Origin: a phage
Sequence record: PZ445454.1
Reading direction: 5' to 3' (one strand)
DNA length: 64,000 nt
The position numbers and the translations under genes were made by a program. Of the stretch, positions 7,452 through 17,788 are shown one piece after another. Each line of letters begins with the position of its first letter. The stretch's first letter is position 1. The notes under the pieces were generated by a model that was not told the origin of the DNA, did no database searches, and was given only the letters and a program-made list of their open reading frames with translations.

Positions 7452-10152
7452 CCTTGCCAGTACCAGTTACCAGTGTTTCACTCTTTAGTCCTAAGTTCTT
7501 AGAGGCTTGCCCGTAATACCAATCAGTGACAGCCTTCACCTCTGCCGTCATACTTTCTGGGCATTCCCAACTCGTCTCGTCGTGATAGGAGCACAATAAA
7601 CGAGCACCTATAGCTGGTTTGCGACCGTTCAACTTCATCAAACCTTCGTCAATCATACGACGGCAAGCAAGGTTAATTGCCTCGTTCTGAATCTGACTTT
7701 CCGAACCCATGAGCAAATAATTCAATAACTTATGTGGAGATTTACACCACAACCAAGCTCCAGCAACCTTTACAAAACCCCCTTTAGAGATTGCAGCAGT
7801 CTTACCAAACACCTCTTCAAGTGCCTTTTTAGTTGCTTTGTAGTCAGCTTCCAAGTCATCTAACAGCTTCTTAATTTTAGGTAAACGAATAAAGTAAGTC
7901 TGTTTAGTCAGTGCGCCTTCCTGAGTAGTTGCAGCTTTAATCGTCTTAGCAAACTTCTCATCCCCTGCACCGAACAGTAGTGCATAGATACCATTCTTAG
8001 CTTTCTTACGACCTTTGCTAATCTCATGAAGAAGACTCTCATCCTGAGTAGCTCGACAAGTCAAGATGTCCTGCTCATCATTCAAGCTAAAGTAAATACT
8101 GTTCAGGGTGTGTGCATCAGTCCCTGAATAGACAACGTACAGGTCATTCTCAGAGTCATAGTGAAGGTACTTATCAATCTCTGGGTTGAGATACTCATCG
8201 AAGTGTTTGCAGTAATAGCGTCCATCTTCTTGACGAGTAAACTCAATTTCTTCTTTACCTTGCGTTACCGCTTTGGTGAAATCTTTATCACCCATAAAGT
8301 TACAAAGAAGAACTAACTGGGCTGAGTTCATGTCTACAGAGACAACGTTAGTACCTTCCTCACAAATCCACACTGCCCTCATTGGTTCCCCATAGACAGC
8401 AGCACCAGACGGTACGTTTACAATACCATATTGTGTCATACGTCCAGTTGAAGTACCAAACACCATTGCACCAGCACTAAGGCGACCATCAGGACGAATC
8501 TGGTTCAACCAACCTTTTTCATCATCCTTTGAGTTCTCAATAGTTCTGCGTCTGTGCATCAAAGTGTAGTATTTCGCAATCTTCTGTCCAAGCTCACCTT
8601 CAATCGTATCATAAGATGATTCAGTAAGTTTTGGTGAAGTACGGATTAAGCAAGGCTCAAGCAAATCTGTGTACTTCTTCACAGACCAGTTATGCTCAAT
8701 GTACTGTACACCTTCATGTTCAACATAACTCAAGCCACACCGCTCAACCATTTCCTGCCACTTAGGATGTTTTGTAATCATCTTTTTATTGTCTTTGAAA
8801 CGACAAACTTTGACAGGGCGACCATCAGAGTCTTTCTTGTAGTTCCAGTCATCTGGAATCCAACCAACTGATTTCAAGTAGTCTTTAACAACTGCTACCT
8901 GAGTCATACGAGAAACTTCAAACTCAATTGGTGTATACGGTGCATCAATCAAACCTGTGTAGCGACTTGACTCAAGTTCAAAGTGGTTAACAACGTGACT
9001 GTTATAATACTTCACAGTTTTAACTGTTTTTACTGGCTTCCAATCTTTGCATTTCTTACCCATCTTTGCATTCAACTCATTGCAAATTGCACGAGCATCC
9101 TTCATTGCTACAAAACCTTCCTTGTACTCTTCACCAGTTACAGTGTTGGTTGGTGTATAGCAATTCCTTTTTTCAATGTTAAAAATCTTTGTAGTTGGCT
9201 TACCAAATGGCTTGATTTCATATGTTTGCATCTCACCATTACGTACCTGCTGACGATACTTTGTCTTAGGGTACTTGGTAATTCTTTTCAGTCCATCTGC
9301 ATGACCAAATGTTTCAACATACTCATTCCAAGCTTTTGCAAACTCTTCTCCAGTGACTTTACCTTTGGTCTTAATAGTTGGAGGAAGATGTGGTTCAACC
9401 TCTGAAGCAAGCTCATTAGTCAACTTGTCAAGTTCCTTTACATGGAACTCCATAAGCTCTTTATCAGCTTTCCAACCATTAATAGCTTGTTGACTCATCC
9501 AGAAAGATGTTTCTTTAGCTCGCATGTAGGTTTCATAAGTATCTATACCACACTTCTTAAGCTTGAGATATTCATTATCAAGTGCCCGTTTAGTTTTGGC
9601 GTTAATACGAATATCTTCTACAACACGAGTGAAGATTTCTGCATTCCACACACCCCAATGCTCAATCTCTGGTTTACGAACACCAACACGAGCACCCCAT
9701 GCAGCCAAACCATGAGCACCTTTATAACCCTTTGGAGTTGGTCTATCCATCCACTGAACACGAGACTGGATAAGAGAGTCCTGAAAGAAATTACTCCACG
9801 GTTTACACTTTGGATTATCAAAGTTCCATAAATCCGGTGCAATGTGATTGAAAACCCACCAGTCATAACCGAGGCCATTATGGATACAAAGACGTTTTGC
9901 CTTTAACGCAAACTCAATACCTTCACGTAAACCACCCTTAATGTACTTAGTGTACTTGTGACCGAGGATAGGCTCATCTGTAAAGACCCATACAGGCGGC
10001 TCTTCATCGTCAGATTTATAGTCTGCAAAGGCCATTACGTGAACTTTAGTGAACTCAAGGAGTAAACCATCAGTTTCTGTATCACCAACCAAATGTAAGT
10101 TTTTAAAATCTACGTTTTCCATTTTTACTCCCTCTAAAACCATTAACCTCAT
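7423..10152 (-). CDS. DNA polymerase, family A, with 3'-5' exonuclease domain
   Basis: 909 aa; N-terminal exonuclease motif GDTETDGL; C-terminal motif-C-like YHDE; size and context fit a phage Pol I-type polymerase. Confidence 0.9.
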   Translation of the reverse strand: MRLMVLEGVKMENVDFKNLHLVGDTETDGLLLEFTKVHVMAFADYKSDDEEPPVWVFTDEPILGHKYTKYIKGGLREGIEFALKAKRLCIHNGLGYDWWVFNHIAPDLWNFDNPKCKPWSNFFQDSLIQSRVQWMDRPTPKGYKGAHGLAAWGARVGVRKPEIEHWGVWNAEIFTRVVEDIRINAKTKRALDNEYLKLKKCGIDTYETYMRAKETSFWMSQQAINGWKADKELMEFHVKELDKLTNELASEVEPHLPPTIKTKGKVTGEEFAKAWNEYVETFGHADGLKRITKYPKTKYRQQVRNGEMQTYEIKPFGKPTTKIFNIEKRNCYTPTNTVTGEEYKEGFVAMKDARAICNELNAKMGKKCKDWKPVKTVKTVKYYNSHVVNHFELESSRYTGLIDAPYTPIEFEVSRMTQVAVVKDYLKSVGWIPDDWNYKKDSDGRPVKVCRFKDNKKMITKHPKWQEMVERCGLSYVEHEGVQYIEHNWSVKKYTDLLEPCLIRTSPKLTESSYDTIEGELGQKIAKYYTLMHRRRTIENSKDDEKGWLNQIRPDGRLSAGAMVFGTSTGRMTQYGIVNVPSGAAVYGEPMRAVWICEEGTNVVSVDMNSAQLVLLCNFMGDKDFTKAVTQGKEEIEFTRQEDGRYYCKHFDEYLNPEIDKYLHYDSENDLYVVYSGTDAHTLNSIYFSLNDEQDILTCRATQDESLLHEISKGRKKAKNGIYALLFGAGDEKFAKTIKAATTQEGALTKQTYFIRLPKIKKLLDDLEADYKATKKALEEVFGKTAAISKGGFVKVAGAWLWCKSPHKLLNYLLMGSESQIQNEAINLACRRMIDEGLMKLNGRKPAIGARLLCSYHDETSWECPESMTAEVKAVTDWYYGQASKNLGLKSETLVTGTGKVGKSWLEVH

Positions 10153-10182
10153 ACATTACTGCAAAAAATTATAAAAAGCAAG

Positions 10183-10211
10183 TTGACAATGTACTTGACA
10201 AGGTGTTAATC
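10183..10211 (+). promoter_or_regulatory. candidate sigma70-type promoter with tandem TTGACA boxes in a divergent intergenic region
   Basis: TTGACAATGTACTTGACAAGGTG element; a near-identical element recurs at 56395-56417. Confidence 0.4.
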
Positions 10212-10379
10212 TTTGCGAAGTGGGTTTTTACTTAAAAGGTTACTTAACAGTTTAACTATACAGATACTTTAAAACTCTTAAAAGATTATTTAATAGCTTT
10301 TAAAAAGCTTTAAAGTATAACGTATAGAATACGTTAAGATAAAAGATTAAAACTTAATAGTTACTTAAAAGAGGCTTAC

Positions 10380-10802
10380 ATGCAGAAAATGTTTGTTCAC
10401 CCAGACATAGCTGACTTTGTTAGAGCTTTGCAGAAGTTGGAAGAACTTGACATTGCTGCTCAACGGGAATATGCTCACCATCACAGGAGAATGGTTGATA
10501 TACAACATGAGATAGAGTTATCAGAAGACTATGAAGATGACTTAAAATGCTCTGTGTTTGAGCATATGAAAGATGTTGCTACGGCGAGACGTAAAGCTAA
10601 AGACACAGTTGCTTTACTAGATTCTCTTAAAAAGAGGTTGCAAAGTGGTACAGACCTGTGTAATCTAGCATCACTGATTAACGATGTTGAAACTTCTTGG
10701 GATAGGCACTATTATCCGCGTTCTGAAAAGACACTTGACTTTTCTTCATCAGAAAACTTAAAATGTTCTAGAAAGAAACTTAACCAACTGAGAGAGAAAT
10801 AA
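10380..10802 (+). CDS. hypothetical protein
   Basis: 140 aa ORF, first gene of the plus-strand block. Confidence 0.5.
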   Translation: MQKMFVHPDIADFVRALQKLEELDIAAQREYAHHHRRMVDIQHEIELSEDYEDDLKCSVFEHMKDVATARRKAKDTVALLDSLKKRLQSGTDLCNLASLINDVETSWDRHYYPRSEKTLDFSSSENLKCSRKKLNQLREK

Positions 10803-10803
10803 T

Positions 10804-11604
10804 ATGAATATCGATGTAGAAAAGATGCTTGAAGAAAAAGGTATTGACGAAGCGTTCTTAATCAATGCCGTAGAAATCATGGCTATGATTCTTCGTGGCA
10901 ACAACTACACAGAACAGTTTATGCCTGCAAGTTATAACTTGCCTGAAGACAAGTCTGATAACGGTGCTTTTGCAGAACAGGTCAACATGATGCTTTGCGA
11001 CAAAACACTCGCTTTAGCATCTATCGTTGTAGGTGTTGATGCTCTTGCAGAGTTCATTTTTTATGAGATGCAGAAAAATGACTATATTGCCATGACCACT
11101 GAAGAAAAAGACTTGCTACTACTCGCAGGTAATGATGAACTAATTGACCTGTTAATTTCATCAACAAGTGCTGTTATGGCTGCTCTTGAGAAGCGTATGG
11201 AAGAGAAACTTTCACGATATGAAAAGCTTGATTGGGGCGTAGAAGAATTAAGCCCACGAATCAAGGAGATTATCCAGCAAACTAAAGAGTCTTTGGAAGA
11301 AGCTGTTGAAAATGACTCTGTAGCTGATATAGAACCACTTCAGGTGAAAGTTGCACTGATGATTCCAGCTATCTCTACGATGATGAATATCGTTGCACTA
11401 ATCCAGCTTTCACAGATGATGGGTGTGAGTATTGAGTTCATTGAGGAGATGACTGGCGGTGTTAGTATGCAAGCAATCAATGATGTTTTGGTGAACATTG
11501 GTGCTTCAATCATTGAAGAGAAACTACGCATTAACTTCGGTGATGATTTTGTGAAGCAACTCTCAGCTATGGCTGAAAAAGAGTCTGCTGAGCAACTGCA
11601 CTAA
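10804..11604 (+). CDS. hypothetical acidic protein
   Basis: 266 aa, Asp/Glu-rich. Confidence 0.55.
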   Translation: MNIDVEKMLEEKGIDEAFLINAVEIMAMILRGNNYTEQFMPASYNLPEDKSDNGAFAEQVNMMLCDKTLALASIVVGVDALAEFIFYEMQKNDYIAMTTEEKDLLLLAGNDELIDLLISSTSAVMAALEKRMEEKLSRYEKLDWGVEELSPRIKEIIQQTKESLEEAVENDSVADIEPLQVKVALMIPAISTMMNIVALIQLSQMMGVSIEFIEEMTGGVSMQAINDVLVNIGASIIEEKLRINFGDDFVKQLSAMAEKESAEQLH

Positions 11605-11622
11605 GTCTTTATAAATCTTACA

Positions 11623-11647
11623 AGCCTCCTTAGTTGGGGGCTTTTTA
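11623..11647 (+). terminator. intrinsic terminator-like hairpin
   Basis: AGCCTCC-TTAGTT-GGGGGCT followed by TTTTT. Confidence 0.5.
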
Positions 11648-11665
11648 GTAATTAATGGAGATAAA

Positions 11666-12409
11666 ATGAGTAATATTATCGCATTTACTGGAAAGGCACG
11701 TTCTGGAAAAGACACCTCATGTTCTATTGTGAAGAACATCTTAGAGGATGAGTATGGCTACAATGTTGAAGTAATGGCCTTTGCAGACAACCTTAAACTA
11801 TCTGCATCAAAGATATTTGACTTGACTTGGAATGACCTGTACGGTGAAACTAAAGAGACTCCACAGGTTTTTGACTTATCATATCCTGAACTGATGTTTA
11901 AAGTTACGGAAGCTATGGAGTTCACCTTCAGAGATGAACGTTACCATATGGACTTCAAGCTTATGTCAGAGTTAACCGGACGATTAATCATGGAGCTTAA
12001 GAAGGTTGCTAAACCGACTCTATTGACACGTCTGGGGTTTAGTAAAAAGTATAAATTCTCATCAAGACAAATTCAACAGATTTGGGGTACTGAAGTTGTC
12101 CGTAAAGTAATGGGCGACAAGTTCTGGTCTAAAGACCTTGAAAAAAGAATGGTTAGATTCCATGAAATGTGCTCACTTAGAAATCAATATGGTTTTGTCT
12201 TAATCAGTGATTTAAGATTTGACTCTGAAGCTGAATGGCTGAGTAGATTTGCACACCAAACTATTGAAGTAAAAAGAGACAATGTGGACAAAGTTTCATC
12301 ACATGTTTCAGAAAATGGTATTTCTACAAAATATGAGCGTGACATTATTCATAATAATGGTACTCTTGCAGACCTTGAGAACAAGCTAAGAGCCATCATT
12401 AAAGTTTAA
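11666..12409 (+). CDS. deoxynucleoside monophosphate kinase-like P-loop protein
   Basis: 247 aa; Walker A GKARSGKDT near the N-terminus, as I recall for T4 gp1-type dNMP kinases. Confidence 0.6.
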   Translation: MSNIIAFTGKARSGKDTSCSIVKNILEDEYGYNVEVMAFADNLKLSASKIFDLTWNDLYGETKETPQVFDLSYPELMFKVTEAMEFTFRDERYHMDFKLMSELTGRLIMELKKVAKPTLLTRLGFSKKYKFSSRQIQQIWGTEVVRKVMGDKFWSKDLEKRMVRFHEMCSLRNQYGFVLISDLRFDSEAEWLSRFAHQTIEVKRDNVDKVSSHVSENGISTKYERDIIHNNGTLADLENKLRAIIKV

Positions 12410-12417
12410 AAGAGAGA

Positions 12418-12618
12418 ATGAAGATGAGAGTAAAAGACAATTTTAAAGTTATTGACCACCGTTTAGTGGAACTCTCATCTCTTTCCAATGAGGTAATGAT
12501 TGAACGTCTTAAGAGAGTTGAATCACGAAGGAAAGAGATTGCAGATGAAATTCATGAACTGGACAAGATTGAAAATGGATTGAGGGCAGAACTACAACGA
12601 AGAGGTGCTAATGTCTAA
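12418..12618 (+). CDS. hypothetical protein
   Basis: 66 aa, coiled-coil-like. Confidence 0.45.
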   Translation: MKMRVKDNFKVIDHRLVELSSLSNEVMIERLKRVESRRKEIADEIHELDKIENGLRAELQRRGANV

Positions 12619-14596
12619 AGGTCGTAAATTGAAAGAGGCTGGTCAGTTTGTTGGTCATTGCGCATGTCCACGTTGTGGTTCATCAGATGCTGGTTCAATC
12701 TATCATCATGACGATGATTCTTATTCAATGACTTGCTTTAGTTGTAACAAAGGTTTCCCAGAATGGGATTTTGATAAAGGACAAATCGTGAGCACTTATT
12801 CTACTGGTTCAGACAATAAAAACCGTACTTTCCGTGGAATGGATTTAGACGATGTAAAAGAAAACCTAGAAGCAATGGACTTGAAAGATAGGAAGATTCC
12901 TGCAAAAGTCCTTGAACGCTTAGGTATCAAGGTTGACATTGACAGTGACGGTGAAATTGATGCGCACTTCTATCCAACTTACAAACGTAATGAAGATGGT
13001 AAGCTAGAACATGTTGGCTACCGTGTTCGTCACCGTTACCCAGAAGACCATCCAAAAGAGCACCTACGTGGTAAGCTAAAAGACTTTTCAGGTGGTGTTG
13101 GAGACATTAAAGGTGAACTGGCAATGTTCGGTTCATGGATTGCTCCAGAAGGTGGTAACCGTCTATTCATCTGGGAAGGTGAGATGGAATGTGCGACAGC
13201 AATCTATATGACCTCTCTTGCGATTAAAGACAAGTCTCGTCGTAAGAATTACTGTCATGTATCTGTTCCGTCAGGTGCAAACATCAAGTCTATCAAAGAT
13301 AACTATCAGTACATCACATCATTTGATGAAATCTACTTGTGCTTTGATAACGATGAAGCAGGTGCTAAAGCTACCAAAGAGGCTGCTGGTATCTTACCTA
13401 TTGAGAAGGTTCGTTTATTCCAGTATCCAGAGGGTGTAAAAGACCTTAACGAATGGTGGACAAAGTTCTATAAAGAGAAAGACACAGTTCTGGAAGGATT
13501 TAAGCAGCGTATCTACAACGCACCTCGTTACTGTCCTGCTGGTATCAAGAACTTTGCAGATGGTTTTGAGGCAATGAAGAATCGTGGTCAGATTCCATTG
13601 ATTCCTTTCCCAGAATCTTTCGGGGATTTGAACAGACTGACTTACGGTGGTTATGGTTTGGGTGAGATTACGACTATTGCAGCACCATCTTCAGTAGGTA
13701 AGTCAGCTTACACTCGTGAGATGATTTATTCAGCTTGGAAAGAAACTGATTACAATATCGGTGTAATTCCTGTAGAAGATACTTACGAAGAACTTATGGA
13801 AATGCTCTGTGCAATCCACCTGAGCAAGCAGATTTCTGAGATTCCTTATGACGAACGTGATTGGGATGAATTGAAGGAAGCACACGCAGAACTGTCTAAA
13901 GGCCGTCGTATACATATCGTTGACCATCAAGGGGCAATTGACCAAGATAACCTGCTGGAATTTGTTGACTATCTTGTTAACAGTTTAGATTGCAAGATTA
14001 TCATTCTTGACCCTATTACATTGGCTCTGTCACGTTCCGATACGGATGAAGAGGAAGTTTTGTCTGAGCTATTGCGTCGTTGTAAACGCTACCAGTATGC
14101 ACAGGTAAACGTCTGTCACGTTCGTAAGAGTGCAGGTGGTCAGAAAGCTAACTCTGAAGGTGGAGATATCTCTGAAGAGGATATTAAAGGCTCTGGTGCG
14201 TATTTCCAGATTTCTATGAACAACATTCTGTTAATGCGCAACAAGGTTGACCCAGACCCTGTTAAGAAAAACTTGACAAAAATCAAGTTAACTAAATGTC
14301 GTCGTCACGGTAAGTCAACGGGTATTGCTGGTCATACTTGGTACAATCCAGATACAGGGCGTCTCATTAAAGCATCTGGTTGTGGAGTTGACATTGATGG
14401 TGCAGCAGAAAATATCCGGCAACAGTTTGGTATTGGTGAGGCTGAAGACCATTACGATGACTCTTTGCCACATTATGAGGATGAAGTGTTTGACCGTGAG
14501 ACTGGTGAAGTCTATACTGATGAGCAGCGTCAAAGCTCAACGATTCCACCTGTATTAAGTGAGGATGCAGATGACTGCCCGTTCGAAACTGAGTGA
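12605..14596 (+). CDS. bifunctional DNA primase/helicase (T7 gp4-like)
   Basis: 663 aa; N-terminal Cys4 zinc ribbon CPRCGS...CFSCNKG, central TOPRIM-like region, C-terminal DnaB-type Walker A AAPSSVGKSAYT. Confidence 0.85.
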   Translation: MLMSKGRKLKEAGQFVGHCACPRCGSSDAGSIYHHDDDSYSMTCFSCNKGFPEWDFDKGQIVSTYSTGSDNKNRTFRGMDLDDVKENLEAMDLKDRKIPAKVLERLGIKVDIDSDGEIDAHFYPTYKRNEDGKLEHVGYRVRHRYPEDHPKEHLRGKLKDFSGGVGDIKGELAMFGSWIAPEGGNRLFIWEGEMECATAIYMTSLAIKDKSRRKNYCHVSVPSGANIKSIKDNYQYITSFDEIYLCFDNDEAGAKATKEAAGILPIEKVRLFQYPEGVKDLNEWWTKFYKEKDTVLEGFKQRIYNAPRYCPAGIKNFADGFEAMKNRGQIPLIPFPESFGDLNRLTYGGYGLGEITTIAAPSSVGKSAYTREMIYSAWKETDYNIGVIPVEDTYEELMEMLCAIHLSKQISEIPYDERDWDELKEAHAELSKGRRIHIVDHQGAIDQDNLLEFVDYLVNSLDCKIIILDPITLALSRSDTDEEEVLSELLRRCKRYQYAQVNVCHVRKSAGGQKANSEGGDISEEDIKGSGAYFQISMNNILLMRNKVDPDPVKKNLTKIKLTKCRRHGKSTGIAGHTWYNPDTGRLIKASGCGVDIDGAAENIRQQFGIGEAEDHYDDSLPHYEDEVFDRETGEVYTDEQRQSSTIPPVLSEDADDCPFETE

Positions 14597-14848
14597 TAGC
14601 TATAAAAGAGAGGGGTTCATACCCTTCTTTGAAGAAAAAAGTTTAAATAAATTTCAGGAAGAGTGTTTGACAAAGGTTGATAGGTTCTATAGAATGCTCT
14701 ACATGAAATGTGATGGTGGTGTCGAAGTAGAGAAAAAGTCCTATCACAATACTGTCACAGTCATCATCACTATGCCTGAACATAATATTGGTTGGCTGTT
14801 TGTAATAAAAGAAAATGTGTTTGAATATCAAGTATATCGGAGAATATC

Positions 14849-14998
14849 ATGAAACACTCTAAAGCATTTGAAAAAGTTTTTGGGGATTCCTTAAAAGCCA
14901 CTGCTGGAAAACCAGCAAAATACTATGAAGAGAAGCGTGTAAGAACTGGAAAAACTGCACGTAAAGCAACTTCTAAAGATAAGCACAACTTCCAGTAA
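14849..14998 (+). CDS. small basic hypothetical protein (49 aa, below ORF-track cutoff)
   Basis: ATG preceded by GGAG; own translation MKHSKAFEKVFGDSLKATAGKPAKYYEEKRVRTGKTARKATSKDKHNFQ. Confidence 0.3.
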   Translation: MKHSKAFEKVFGDSLKATAGKPAKYYEEKRVRTGKTARKATSKDKHNFQ

Positions 14999-15070
14999 TT
15001 AATGTTTGACAATAGAGTATCAACAAATTAGAATTGGTACTCTTCATAAATTGAGATAGAGGTTTAAATA

Positions 15071-15928
15071 ATGTCTAAAGTTGTTAAAATGAAAGCTCCG
15101 GTAGAGAAGTACAACGGTACTGAACGTCAAACTCTGCGTTACCTTCTGAAAGATGTCTGGTTTTATTACCTGAACACTTCACCACGTCCGGGAAAAGGTA
15201 AGTCCATTGATAAGAAATTCCCAGGCAAAGACTGTAACTACAGCGTTTCAATTCTGGCAGAAGATGGTAACAAGCTGTTTAAAGAGTTTACTAAGTCTAA
15301 GAAAAACCCAGAAGGTTGGGATAAAGTTACTACTGAAGCAGTTGATGCAGATGACTTCGAAGAGAAGTTTGGTTGCAAACCACCATTTGAAGCAGATACT
15401 TACTACATCTTGAAAGTAAGTCGTGCAGCAGCTTATAAAGATGGTGCTGTGTGGACAGCTAAACAGTCATTCCCTGTAATGCTGATTGAAGAAGTAAATG
15501 GTAAGCGTGTAGCTGTTAAACAGCCGATGAAGAAAATCAAAGCTCAAGCATCTGACAAACATGAAGATGATAAGAACTATGATGTAATTCACCCAGATAT
15601 TGCAGTTGGTAACGGTTCTTTTGGTAGTGTGATTCTCTCTACTCACTTCTACACTTTTGAGAATAACGTTCTGACAAAACCTATTCAGGAACAGTTTATC
15701 ATTGATACTCTTGTACCTTACACTGGGGGTAACGGTGCTAACGGTGAACCTGAACTGGATGAAGATGAACTGGCTATGCTTGGTCTTGATGGCGTTGAAG
15801 ATAACGGTGAAATCACTGAAGAAGATGCAACAGACCACAAACCTTCGAATGACTCTGATGATGGTGATGACGAAGACTTGCCGGACCCAGATGACGAAGG
15901 AGAGGAAGACTTCGATACAGAAGACTAA
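15071..15928 (+). CDS. single-stranded DNA-binding protein-like (acidic C-terminal tail)
   Basis: 285 aa; strongly acidic C-terminus DDEDLPDPDDEGEEDFDTED; sits between primase-helicase and flap endonuclease. Confidence 0.5.
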   Translation: MSKVVKMKAPVEKYNGTERQTLRYLLKDVWFYYLNTSPRPGKGKSIDKKFPGKDCNYSVSILAEDGNKLFKEFTKSKKNPEGWDKVTTEAVDADDFEEKFGCKPPFEADTYYILKVSRAAAYKDGAVWTAKQSFPVMLIEEVNGKRVAVKQPMKKIKAQASDKHEDDKNYDVIHPDIAVGNGSFGSVILSTHFYTFENNVLTKPIQEQFIIDTLVPYTGGNGANGEPELDEDELAMLGLDGVEDNGEITEEDATDHKPSNDSDDGDDEDLPDPDDEGEEDFDTED

Positions 15929-15946
15929 TCTCTAAAAGTTACTTTA

Positions 15947-15976
15947 AAGCCCTGTACTTAGTATGGGGCTTTTTCA
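15947..15976 (+). terminator. intrinsic terminator-like hairpin
   Basis: AAGCCC...GGGCTT followed by TTTTT after the SSB-like gene. Confidence 0.45.
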
Positions 15977-15990
15977 TATGGAGAGCCATA

Positions 15991-17031
15991 ATGGAGAAGT
16001 ACACATTAACAAAGCTTCCCGATTCAGTTACACATGTCTTTATTGACTCTGACAGCATTGCCTATAAAGGTGCTTGTGTAGTTGAGAAAGCAAAGTATAA
16101 ATACGTTAATAAACTCACAGCAGAAGAATCTGAACCATTTGATAATGCGAAAGATGCTGCAAGATGGTTAGCAGACCAGAGAATCCTTGTGGAAGAGCTT
16201 GGCCTGACATTTGATGAAGATGAATGGGAAAGACAAACTTGGAAAGAAGCTAAGAGTGAAAAAGAAGCTATCATGGCTACTCAACAGGTTCTTCAGGAAT
16301 GGCTTAAGGTTGTTGGTAAAGAAAGAACTTGGGTGGGTTATTTAACAGAGAAAGGTGTGCATAAACATAAAGACATTAAAGGTCTTGAGCACCAATATCA
16401 AGGTAACCGTAAAGATGCTGTCACACCAACACACTTAGTCGCTTGTCGTGAATACCTTTTATCCAGACCAGAGTTCAAGCTCTTAAAGGGAGGCTTCGAA
16501 GCCGATTCAATCGTAATTGCTAAAGCTGAAAAGATGGGTAAGAAGGCTGCTCTTATGAGTATTGACAAAGACCTTCGACAAGCTGAAGGAACTTATTGTA
16601 TTGATATGACTTATGAAAAATCACCACTAATCTTTATTGCTGATAATAATGTTGGTGATATCTGGGATTGTCCTATCAAATCAAAACCAAAAGCTGCAAA
16701 AACAGTTGGTGTAGGTTTTAAATTCTTGTGCTATCAGGCTGTTGCTGGAGATAATGCAGACAACTACTTTGGCCTTAAAGGTGCTGGTAAAGTAGCTGTG
16801 ATGAATGCTTTAGATGGCAAAGAGACATACAAAGAGTGTCTTGATGCTATCTATGAACTCTATGCTAAAAAAGACTCTTACACCTATGTATCATGGGATG
16901 GACAGACAGTTACAAAGACACCGTTAGAGTTAATGGAACAGCATTTCTGGATAGCTTATCAAGAAAGAAATCCAAAAGATAATTTCTCTTTTAAGAAATA
17001 TAATTGGGAGCCACGTATGAATGAAGATTAA
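15991..17031 (+). CDS. 5'-3' exonuclease / flap endonuclease (RNase H-like)
   Basis: 346 aa; N-terminal VFIDSDSIAY and H3TH motif AGDNADNYFGLKGAGKVAV. Confidence 0.75.
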   Translation: MEKYTLTKLPDSVTHVFIDSDSIAYKGACVVEKAKYKYVNKLTAEESEPFDNAKDAARWLADQRILVEELGLTFDEDEWERQTWKEAKSEKEAIMATQQVLQEWLKVVGKERTWVGYLTEKGVHKHKDIKGLEHQYQGNRKDAVTPTHLVACREYLLSRPEFKLLKGGFEADSIVIAKAEKMGKKAALMSIDKDLRQAEGTYCIDMTYEKSPLIFIADNNVGDIWDCPIKSKPKAAKTVGVGFKFLCYQAVAGDNADNYFGLKGAGKVAVMNALDGKETYKECLDAIYELYAKKDSYTYVSWDGQTVTKTPLELMEQHFWIAYQERNPKDNFSFKKYNWEPRMNED

Positions 17032-17518
17032 AGGATTTGGCAATTGCCCCACCTATGGTCATTGGGTATCTTTATGTGGGGAAGTTGACCCCACTAAACA
17101 TTTTGGTTTTGTCTATTTAGTACACTGTAAGAAAACCGGACAATATTATATCGGAAAGAAACAGCTTAATAGTGTGACTAAAAGAAAAGTTGCTGGCAAG
17201 ACTCGGAAGAAGGTAGTCACTAAGGAGAGTGATTGGATGACTTATGAAACTTCTTCTGAGTATATTAAAAAAGATATTGAGAGCTTTGGAAAAGAATTTT
17301 TTGACTTTTACATTATTCAGACCTACTACACGAAAGGTGGCCTAGTTTATGGTGAAGCAAACCTCCAACATAAATTCGATGTAATGACAAAAAGGATTGA
17401 CTCTAAGCTCAGACTCTTCTACAATGCCAATATTGCAGCAATTAAGTTTATCACTAAAGAAACTTATGAAGATGCTGAAAAAAGAATCCATAAGGTAATG
17501 AAAGCAAACTGCGCTTGA
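17021..17518 (+). CDS. hypothetical protein, possible GIY-YIG nuclease fold
   Basis: 165 aa; FVYLVHCKKTGQYYIGKK resembles a GIY-YIG motif; weak. Confidence 0.35.
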   Translation: MKIKGFGNCPTYGHWVSLCGEVDPTKHFGFVYLVHCKKTGQYYIGKKQLNSVTKRKVAGKTRKKVVTKESDWMTYETSSEYIKKDIESFGKEFFDFYIIQTYYTKGGLVYGEANLQHKFDVMTKRIDSKLRLFYNANIAAIKFITKETYEDAEKRIHKVMKANCA

Positions 17519-17524
17519 TAACTA

Positions 17525-17788
17525 TTGAGAGAGAATAAAATGTTTAATAAAAGCAAAGCTGTGAGTCATGTAGCAAAAGTTGACAGTAAGATTGAAGAAC
17601 TTGAGCGCATTCTTGCAAATGCTAGAGAGTCGATAATTAAAGAAGTTGAAGCTGTTGAATCTCAAATGCAGCACCTAATGCTTAAACGTCAAGAGCTACG
17701 TGAACATCTGGAATATATTGAAACACGAGAGCTAAAGGTTAACAGATATTTTAAGGAGTCCGAATGTTTAACTCAAGAGAATCAGTAA
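17525..17788 (+). CDS. hypothetical coiled-coil protein
   Basis: 87 aa. Confidence 0.45.
   Translation: MRENKMFNKSKAVSHVAKVDSKIEELERILANARESIIKEVEAVESQMQHLMLKRQELREHLEYIETRELKVNRYFKESECLTQENQ

Noticed and set aside
8983-9831. Antisense ORFs inside large genes (e.g. 8983..9405, 9442..9831, 13218..13439, 20159..20458, 29495..30125, 35635..36274)
   Set aside because: Embedded in, and antisense or out of frame to, strongly supported genes; low-complexity translations
7423-10152. Possibility that the HNH gene is an intein or intron inside the DNA polymerase
   Set aside because: The polymerase ORF is continuous through the motif-C-like region and ends with a stop before the HNH ORF; the endonuclease is free-standing downstream
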